Of a DNA stretch of 64,000 nucleotides, positions 57,492 to 64,000 are shown piece by piece. A program made the translations under genes and the position numbers. Source of the DNA: Rikenellaceae bacterium (GTDB taxonomy: Bacteria; Bacteroidota; Bacteroidia; Bacteroidales; UBA932); contig JALFGP010000037.1 in NCBI GenBank assembly GCA_022777205.1, positions 2,819 to 66,818 of the forward strand. Direction: 5' to 3'. The notes below the pieces were generated by a model. That model saw only the letters and a program-made list of their open reading frames with translations. It was not told the DNA's origin and did not search any database. Positions within the stretch are counted from its first letter, which is position 1. The number at the start of each line of letters is the position of its first letter.

Positions 57492-60154
57492 TTTTGAACG
57501 TGAGAATCAGATATTTTCTAACCATCCTGTCAGCAGCTGTTCTTCTGAGCAGTTGCGGCAGGAGTTTTTCTGTTGAGGTCAGCAACCCTACAGGAAATGA
57601 CCGTCTTGCCGAAATGGCAGAAATTGACGGTGAACTGATCGCCTCCAAGGTGAAACTGTCCGAAGGAGAGGAATACGGAGTTTTCGACAAATCCGGCGAA
57701 CGCCTTCCGAGCCAGTTCACCAGTGACGGCAAACTCATATTCCCGGTTCAGCTCAATGCTTCCCAAAAACAGACTTTCAAGGTCAAGGCTGTACCTGCGG
57801 GAGAGAATCCTGCCCAGCCTGTGGCCTGCGGACGAGTTTATCCCGAGCGTATGGACGACCTTGCATGGGAGAATGACAAAGTCGGTTTCCGTGCCTACGG
57901 ACCCACACTCCAGAGAAGCGGAGAGAGGGGGTTCGGTTATGATATCTTCACAAAAAGGGGCACTTCCGTTCCCGTTTTGGAGCAACTTTATGCCGAAGAA
58001 ACCAATCCTGCAAAATGGGAACTGATAAGGGAACTCCGCAAGACCGATCCTGCGAAAGCCGATTCCCTCCACCGCGCTGCATCATATCATATCGACCACG
58101 GTTATGGTATGGACTGCTATGCTGTCGGACCAACCCTTGGAGCCGGAGTGGCAGCCCTGATTGGCGACAATGGAGAAATCCTATATCCGTGGTGCTGGAA
58201 AGAGGTGGAGATTCTTGACAACGGACCTCTACGCTTCAGGGCAAAACTCACTTTCCATCCTATGGAAGTGGCTGAGGGTGAGACTGTTGTTGAGACGCGA
58301 ATCATCACTCTCGATGCCGGTTCACATTTCAACCGCACCCAGGTAAGTTATTCCGGACTCAAGTCTGAGCGCGCCATAGTTTCAGGCATCGTGCTGCATG
58401 ACAAGGTAGGAGGCATAGTGGCTGACAACGAAAAAGGCATTATCGCTTACGAAGATCCTACCACCGGACCGGGCAACGGCAAAATCTTCCTCGGTCACAT
58501 AGCAGGGGAGGGCTTCACCGGAACTTCCGTGAACTGGTTTTCCCAAGAGGAATCCGCAACCCGCAACAATGCTCTCGGACACGTGCTTGCCGCTGCATCA
58601 GTTGCTCCTGAATCATCATATACTTACTGGTGGGGCTTCGGCTGGGACCGTTCCGACATAGCTTCCTTCGAGCAGTGGCAGAAGGAACTGGAGGCAGCTT
58701 CCCTTACTTTCAAGACCGTACCGGAGGTTAAAATTTCATCTTTTGACGTGACTAAGATTTTTTCCTACATCATCGGGCTCGGAGCAGCCGTGATGATGCC
58801 TCTGATTTTCTTCATTTTAGGAGTCTGCATCGGAATCAAACCCGGCAAGGCCCTCAAGAGCGGTCTGCTCGTGGGCGTGGGTTTCGTGGGACTTTCAGTA
58901 ATCACCGGCCTCTTGACCAGTGCCCTCGGACCTGCGCTTTCCAAGGTTGTGGAGATTTATGGACTGCAGCTCAAGGTCTTCGATATGGGTTGGCCGGCAG
59001 CTGCATCTGTGGCCTACAACACCACAGTCGGCGCCCTCATCATTCCTGTCTGCCTGGGTGTGAATCTGCTGATGCTTCTCACCAAGACCACCCAGACCGT
59101 CAATATCGACCTGTGGAACTACTGGCATTTCGCATTCATAGGCGCAGTGGTTTATTTTGCGTCTGACAGCATTCTTTGGGGATTCTTTGCAGCCATCATC
59201 TGCTACATCCTCACTCTGATTCTGGCAGACCGCACAGCCAAGAAATTCCAGGGCTTCTACGACGGTATGGAGGGTATTTCCATTCCTCAGCCTTTCAGCC
59301 AGGGTTTTGTGCCTTTCGCGGAGGGAATCAACTGGTTGCTGGACAAGATTCCGGGTTTCAACAAATTGAACATAGATGCAGAGGGTATGAAGAAGAAGTT
59401 CGGTCTTCTCGGCGAGCCGCTCTTCCTCGGTGTACTCATAGGCATAGCAATAGGATGCCTTTCCTGCAAGACCTGGTCGGAAATGGCCAACCAGATTCCT
59501 TATATCCTCGGTTTGGGTATTAAGATCGGAGCGGTGATGGAACTCATCCCGAGAATCACCTCCCTCTTCATCGAAGGTCTGAAACCTATTTCAGAGGCAA
59601 CCAAGGCCCTGATTGCACGCAAGTTCAAGGGTGCGAAGGGTATGAACATAGGTATGAGCCCGGCTCTGGTAATCGGTCATCCGACCACCCTCGTGGTGTC
59701 CCTGCTGCTCATTCCTGTGACTCTCATCCTTGCGGTTTTCCTTCCTGGCAACCAGTTCCTGCCTTTGGCATCCCTTGCAGGTATGTTCTACATCTTCCCT
59801 CTCATTCTGCCTATCACAAAGGGCAATGTGGTGAAGACTTTCATTATCGGCCTTGCAATGATTCTCATCGGCCTGTATTTTGTTACTGACCTTGCGCCTT
59901 ATTTCACTCTTGCAGCACAGGATGTGTATGCTCAGACAGGTGACACGGCCGTGGCCATCCCGGAAGGATTCCTCGGCGGTTCTCTCGACTTTGCTTCCAG
60001 CCCTCTTGCCTGGGTGATATTCCATCTGACTCACACCTGCAAATGGTACGGAGTGGCTGCTCTCGTTATCGGCACCCTTGCTCTTGCAGTATGGAACAGA
60101 ATGAAGATTGTCAAGGCTCAGAAGGCTGACAACCAGAATGATAATAACAAATAA
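57488..60154 (+). CDS. Fusion: DUF4861-like lipoprotein domain (aa 1 to about 417) plus PTS galactitol-family EIIC (GatC-like) permease (aa 421-888)
   Basis: GTG start overlaps the kduD stop. Lipobox LSSC, R.DD.AWENDK..FR.YGP, GILDNGPLR-like segment, then YIIGLGAAVMMP..GWP..NIDLWNYWH..PGNQFLPLASLA with many TM helices, in one uninterrupted frame. Confidence 0.8.
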   Translation: MILNVRIRYFLTILSAAVLLSSCGRSFSVEVSNPTGNDRLAEMAEIDGELIASKVKLSEGEEYGVFDKSGERLPSQFTSDGKLIFPVQLNASQKQTFKVKAVPAGENPAQPVACGRVYPERMDDLAWENDKVGFRAYGPTLQRSGERGFGYDIFTKRGTSVPVLEQLYAEETNPAKWELIRELRKTDPAKADSLHRAASYHIDHGYGMDCYAVGPTLGAGVAALIGDNGEILYPWCWKEVEILDNGPLRFRAKLTFHPMEVAEGETVVETRIITLDAGSHFNRTQVSYSGLKSERAIVSGIVLHDKVGGIVADNEKGIIAYEDPTTGPGNGKIFLGHIAGEGFTGTSVNWFSQEESATRNNALGHVLAAASVAPESSYTYWWGFGWDRSDIASFEQWQKELEAASLTFKTVPEVKISSFDVTKIFSYIIGLGAAVMMPLIFFILGVCIGIKPGKALKSGLLVGVGFVGLSVITGLLTSALGPALSKVVEIYGLQLKVFDMGWPAAASVAYNTTVGALIIPVCLGVNLLMLLTKTTQTVNIDLWNYWHFAFIGAVVYFASDSILWGFFAAIICYILTLILADRTAKKFQGFYDGMEGISIPQPFSQGFVPFAEGINWLLDKIPGFNKLNIDAEGMKKKFGLLGEPLFLGVLIGIAIGCLSCKTWSEMANQIPYILGLGIKIGAVMELIPRITSLFIEGLKPISEATKALIARKFKGAKGMNIGMSPALVIGHPTTLVVSLLLIPVTLILAVFLPGNQFLPLASLAGMFYIFPLILPITKGNVVKTFIIGLAMILIGLYFVTDLAPYFTLAAQDVYAQTGDTAVAIPEGFLGGSLDFASSPLAWVIFHLTHTCKWYGVAALVIGTLALAVWNRMKIVKAQKADNQNDNNK

Positions 60155-60163
60155 TTATTCGAT

Positions 60164-61108
60164 ATGTACAAAAGAATGATAATTTCCGCCCTGCTTATGT
60201 CAGTGGCTCTCACAGCTTCTGCGCAGTTGAACTACACTGTCCAGACAGCTTGTCACCCCTTGGATGTGAAACACTATGACACTGAGCGTCTTCGCAGCGC
60301 TTTCGTGATGGAGAAGGTTATGGCTCCGGATGAAATCAACCTCACCTACACCCTTTACGACCGTCTCATCTATGGCGGAGTGATGCCTGTGACCAAGACT
60401 CTCGTGCTTGAGACTTTCCACGAGCTCAAGGCTGAACATTTCCTCGACCGCAGGGAACTCGGTGTCATCAATATCGCCGGAGACGGAATCGTGACTGTCG
60501 ATGGGAAAGAGTATCTGCTCAAATTCAAGGAGGCACTTTATGTAGGTTGCGGCAAGAAGGAAGTGACTTTCCGCAGCGTGGATTCAGCAAATCCTGCCAA
60601 GTTCTACATCAATTCGGCTCCTGCCTACAAGGAGTATGTCACTCAGCTCATTACCACTGACCAGAAAGCTGATCCTAAAAAATATGCTATTGCCATCTCA
60701 GACCACTACGGAAAGATGGAGGACTCCAACGACCGCATAGTGAATCAGCTCATAGTATGGCCTGTGCTCAGCCGTGTGAAAGGTGGCGGAACAAACCAGC
60801 TCCAGATGGGACTTACCGAGCTTATGCCTGGTTCTGTCTGGAACACCATGCCGGCACACACCCACACCCGTCGTATGGAAGCATATTTCTATTTCAATGT
60901 GGCTGAAGGCAACGCAATATGCCATCTTATGGGTGAGCCTCAGCAGGAGCGTCTCATCTGGCTCCATAACGAGCAGGCTGTGACATCCCCTGAGTGGTCC
61001 ATCCACGCCGCTGCAGGTACACGCAACTACACCTTCATCTGGGGTATGGCTGGTGAGAACCTCAATTATGCAGACAAGGATGAAATCCGTTATATTGATA
61101 TGAGATAA
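60164..61108 (+). CDS. kduI: 5-dehydro-4-deoxy-D-glucuronate isomerase with an N-terminal signal peptide
   Basis: [66 protein letters not shown]-terminus [20 protein letters not shown]|Q. Confidence 0.93.
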   Translation: MYKRMIISALLMSVALTASAQLNYTVQTACHPLDVKHYDTERLRSAFVMEKVMAPDEINLTYTLYDRLIYGGVMPVTKTLVLETFHELKAEHFLDRRELGVINIAGDGIVTVDGKEYLLKFKEALYVGCGKKEVTFRSVDSANPAKFYINSAPAYKEYVTQLITTDQKADPKKYAIAISDHYGKMEDSNDRIVNQLIVWPVLSRVKGGGTNQLQMGLTELMPGSVWNTMPAHTHTRRMEAYFYFNVAEGNAICHLMGEPQQERLIWLHNEQAVTSPEWSIHAAAGTRNYTFIWGMAGENLNYADKDEIRYIDMR

Positions 61109-61113
61109 TTGTG

Positions 61114-61144
61114 TCTCCGGTGCTTCCTGTGCCGGAGATTTTTT
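61114..61144 (+). terminator. Hairpin plus T-run between kduI and kdgK
   Basis: tctccggtgc-ttcct-gtgccggaga followed by TTTTTT. Confidence 0.6.
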
Positions 61145-61159
61145 AGATTACTTAAGATA

Positions 61160-62200
61160 ATGGCAAAAGTTATTACATTCGGTGAGATTATGCTCAGGCT
61201 TTCAACTCCGGGCTATCTCCGTTTTTCTCAGGCAAAACAGTTTGAAGCCACTTTCGGTGGCGGTGAGGCCAATGTAGCTGTATCTCTTGCAAACTACGGC
61301 ATTGATGCAGAATTCGTAACCCGTCTTCCGAAGAACGACATCGCTGCAAGTTGTGTGAAGGACCTTCGCAGTTATGGCGTCAAGACCGACAATATAATTT
61401 ACGGAGGTGACCGTCTCGGTATTTATTTCCTTGAGACAGGTGCAGTTGCGCGTCCAAGCAAGGTGGTTTACGACCGCGCTCATTCTTCCATCTCAACCAT
61501 CGAAAAGGGTATGATTGACTGGGACAAGGTGTTCAAAGGTGCAGACTGGTTCCATTGGACAGGCATTACTCCGGCCATCAGCCAAGGTGCTGCAGATGTT
61601 TGCCTTGAGGCTGTAAAAGCTGCGAACCGTCTTGGCGTGACAGTTTCCTGCGACCTCAACTACCGTAAGAATCTCTGGAAATACGGCAAGACTGCTTCAG
61701 AGGTGATGCCTGAACTGGTGGCCTGCAGTGATGTGATTCTGGGCAATGAAGAGGATGCTGAAAAGGTCTTCGGAATCAAGCCTGAGGGCTTTGATGTGAC
61801 TGCAACCAAGGGTGAAGTGAATGCTGCGGAATTCGAGAGTGTATGCCGTCAGCTGATGGAGAAGTTCCCTCGTGCAAAGAAGGTTATCATTACTCTTAGA
61901 GGAAGCATCAATGCCAACCACAACACTTGGGGCGGAGTGCTTTTCAGTGATGGAAAACTCTATCAGTCACCTCGTTATGACATTACCCATATCGTGGACC
62001 GAGTTGGTGGTGGTGACTCTTTTATGGGCGGACTGATTTATGGTCTGCTGACATATACCGATGACGACCAGAAGGCTCTGAATTTTGCGGTGGCTGCTTC
62101 CTGCCTCAAGCATACCATTTTCGGAGACTATAACCAGGTGAGCGTTGCCGAGGTGGAGAATCTGATGAAGGGTGACGGGTCCGGTCGCGTGTCCAGATAA
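61160..62200 (+). CDS. kdgK: 2-dehydro-3-deoxygluconokinase (PfkB family)
   Basis: FGEIMLRL, GGGEANVA, DLNYR.NLW and VDRVGGGDSF. Start MAKVIT at 61160. Confidence 0.92.
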   Translation: MAKVITFGEIMLRLSTPGYLRFSQAKQFEATFGGGEANVAVSLANYGIDAEFVTRLPKNDIAASCVKDLRSYGVKTDNIIYGGDRLGIYFLETGAVARPSKVVYDRAHSSISTIEKGMIDWDKVFKGADWFHWTGITPAISQGAADVCLEAVKAANRLGVTVSCDLNYRKNLWKYGKTASEVMPELVACSDVILGNEEDAEKVFGIKPEGFDVTATKGEVNAAEFESVCRQLMEKFPRAKKVIITLRGSINANHNTWGGVLFSDGKLYQSPRYDITHIVDRVGGGDSFMGGLIYGLLTYTDDDQKALNFAVAASCLKHTIFGDYNQVSVAEVENLMKGDGSGRVSR

Positions 62201-62413
62201 AAAATATATGGAGCTGTCTTCTGCGTTGTGGGACTTGACAAAATCCTCACAACCGACAGGTTGCTGCGGTATTTGTCTGCGTCCCACGCCTTGAATCCAA
62301 CTCTATCTATTTCTTATCTTATATGTGGTAATTGACCTTATATCAGGTAATTATTTTCCGGCTAATTGTTCATCCGGATGATTGTTAATTTGCTTGATAA
62401 ATAATAGAAAATT

Positions 62414-63082
62414 ATGGCTAAATACAATAAACAACAGGTTTTGGCGGCAGTTGAGAGCACTGGAATGGTTCCGGTGTTCTACAACTCCGACATTGAGATT
62501 TCAAAGGCTGTGGTGAAGGCCTGCTATGATGGCGGCGTGAGAGCTTTTGAGTTTACAAACAGGGGAGACTTCGCACACGAGGTTTTCGGAGAATTGGTGA
62601 AGTATGCCAACGCTGAACTCCCGGGAATGATACTGGGAGTGGGTTCAGTGGTTGACCCGGCCACTGCTGCTCTCTATCTGCAGCTTGGAGCAAACTTCGT
62701 GGTTGGTCCTTTGTTCAATCCGGACATAGCTCCCGTCTGCAACCGTCGTCTGGTTCCATACTGCCCGGGTTGCGGTACCGTTTCGGAAGTGGGCAAGGCT
62801 CAGGAACTGGGTTGCGACCTTTGCAAGGTATTTCCGGGTGACGTGCTTGGCCCGGCTTTCGTGAAAGGCCTGCGTGCCCCAATGCCGTGGAGCAAGATTA
62901 TGGTGACAGGCGGTGTGAAACCGACCCGCGAAAATCTCGAAGGATGGTTCAAAGCCGGTGTGACCTGCGTAGGAATGGGCAGCAACCTCTTCCCGAAAGA
63001 AGCCGTAGCAGCCAAAGACTGGTCAGTAATCACCAGACTCTGCCGCGAAGCCCTCGACATAATAGCAGACATTCGAAAATAA
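62414..63082 (+). CDS. eda: KDPG/KHG aldolase
   Basis: [25 protein letters not shown] and TGGV motifs. Confidence 0.93.
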   Translation: MAKYNKQQVLAAVESTGMVPVFYNSDIEISKAVVKACYDGGVRAFEFTNRGDFAHEVFGELVKYANAELPGMILGVGSVVDPATAALYLQLGANFVVGPLFNPDIAPVCNRRLVPYCPGCGTVSEVGKAQELGCDLCKVFPGDVLGPAFVKGLRAPMPWSKIMVTGGVKPTRENLEGWFKAGVTCVGMGSNLFPKEAVAAKDWSVITRLCREALDIIADIRK

Positions 63083-63084
63083 TT

Positions 63085-63116
63085 TTTGCAGGTTAAAAAA
63101 TTAATACTTATCTTTG
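63085..63116 (+). promoter_or_regulatory. Promoter for tRNA-Cys
   Basis: TTTG 63085-63088, 20 nt, TATCTTTG 63109-63116. Confidence 0.8.
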
Positions 63117-63133
63117 CAGTCCTTAAACAAAAC

Positions 63134-63204
63134 GGTGCTTTGGCCGAGCGGTTAGGCACAGGTCTGCAAAACCTGCTACAGCAGTTCGATTCTGCTAGGC
63201 ACCT
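63134..63204 (+). tRNA. trnC: tRNA-Cys (GCA), CCA not encoded
   Basis: Acceptor stem GGTGCTT/AGGCACC, discriminator T, D-arm GGCCGAGCGGTTAGGC, anticodon arm CAGGT-CTGCAAA-ACCTG, T-arm GCAG-TTCGATT-CTGC. Confidence 0.97.
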
Positions 63205-63207
63205 CAG

Positions 63208-63240
63208 AAAACCCCTTTCAGCGATGCTGAGAGGGGTTTT
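63208..63240 (+). terminator. Intrinsic terminator after tRNA-Cys
   Basis: aaaacccctttcagc-gat-gctgagaggggtttt. Confidence 0.85.
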
Positions 63241-63495
63241 ACTATTCTGGACATTACTATAACATTACTATGAAAAACAGAGTCATTTTGAAATGAAGAG
63301 AAATTCTTTGCCCCAAAAATGAGAAAAGGCCCAAAGTCTTTGCAGAACTTTGAGCCAGGTGGTATTCAAAACGCAACGCATATTGATGGCTGCATTCTCG
63401 GCAAAGATACTCAAATTTCTCCATCAATCAATCTTTGACTATCTTTGTCTCCGGAATCGGTGAGCTGAACAACTAACCCAAAAACCAGCTTACCG

Positions 63496-64000
63496 ATGAA
63501 AATTCTTATTGACAATGGCCACGGTCAGAGCACACCTGGCAAACGCAGTCCCGACGGACGCTTTCTCGAATTTCAGTTCAACCGAACAATCGCAAAACAA
63601 ATCGTTGATGATCTCCGCGACAGAGGCTACGATGCAGAGCTCCTGGTTCCAGAGGATGATGACATTCCCTTGAAGGACCGATGCAAGCGTGTGAACGACA
63701 TCGTAGCACGCGAAGGGAAGCAGAATGTCATCCTCATCTCAATCCACGCAAACGCCTTCGGAAACGGTAAAGAATGGACATCTCCCTCCGGCTGGAGTGT
63801 CTATACCAGCAAAGGACAAACAAAGGCAGATGATCTGGCAGAGCAGCTGGCCAAGGCGGCAATCAAGAACCTGCCGCAGATGAAAATCCGAGCCGAGAAG
63901 TCTGACGGAGATTTGGACTATGAGGAAAACTTCTACATCCTCAAACACACAGCCTGTCCGGCAGTTCTGACGGAGAACGGCTTTTACACCAACAAAGAAG
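63496..64000 (+). CDS. N-acetylmuramoyl-L-alanine amidase (Amidase_3), runs off the window
   Basis: Not in the ORF track. MKILIDNGHGQSTPGKRSPDG..E..FNR..ISIHANA..PAVLTENGFY; Zn ligands H, E and H plus catalytic E. No signal peptide. Confidence 0.9.
   Translation, partial: MKILIDNGHGQSTPGKRSPDGRFLEFQFNRTIAKQIVDDLRDRGYDAELLVPEDDDIPLKDRCKRVNDIVAREGKQNVILISIHANAFGNGKEWTSPSGWSVYTSKGQTKADDLAEQLAKAAIKNLPQMKIRAEKSDGDLDYEENFYILKHTACPAVLTENGFYTNKE

Larger units (their letters stand above)
32685..63082. other. Glycosaminoglycan (chondroitin/dermatan sulfate, hyaluronan) utilisation locus with downstream uronate catabolism
   Basis: Contiguous PL29-like, PL8 x2, SusC/D, DUF5017, sulfatase x2, GH88, kduD, kduI, kdgK and eda. 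Confidence 0.88.

Noticed and set aside
57488-60154. A canonical galactitol PTS
   Set aside because: No EIIA, EIIB or galactitol-phosphate dehydrogenase genes are adjacent, and the context is uronate catabolism.

Overview
Bacteroidales-type chromosomal window, judged from TAnnTTTG/TTTG promoters, SusC/SusD and lipoprotein signal peptides. (1) 1-25.3 kb is mostly housekeeping (nadD, gmk, fba, pnuC, mazG, a Clp ATPase, gyrA, TPR protein, GH97, mtaB, folB, RsmI-like methyltransferase, tamB, tsaD, FAD oxidoreductase), preceded by a partial fimbrillin-like lipoprotein with an unannotated 46-aa upstream ORF. (2) About 25.4-32.6 kb is a probable defence island, visibly AT-rich over most of its length. 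It holds an AbiF-type HEPN toxin with its own promoter and an upstream abiF-like structured RNA, an operon WYL regulator > REase-like > PD-(D/E)xK > metallophosphoesterase, a divergent miniature DnaE-like protein lacking the catalytic aspartates, and an AAA_14/DUF4143 ATPase. (3) 32.7-63.1 kb is a chondroitin/dermatan sulfate/hyaluronan PUL (PL29-like and DUF4988 lipoproteins, two PL8 ABC lyases, SusC/SusD/DUF5017, two Ser-type sulfatases, GH88) contiguous with kduD, kduI, kdgK and eda. Unusual here are a KduI with a signal peptide, a DUF4861-PTS IIC fusion, and an AT-rich fimbrillin cassette with a second copy of the small-ORF motif. (4) The window ends with tRNA-Cys and a partial mobile-element-type amidase. 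Family assignments come from motifs recognised by eye; no database search was run.
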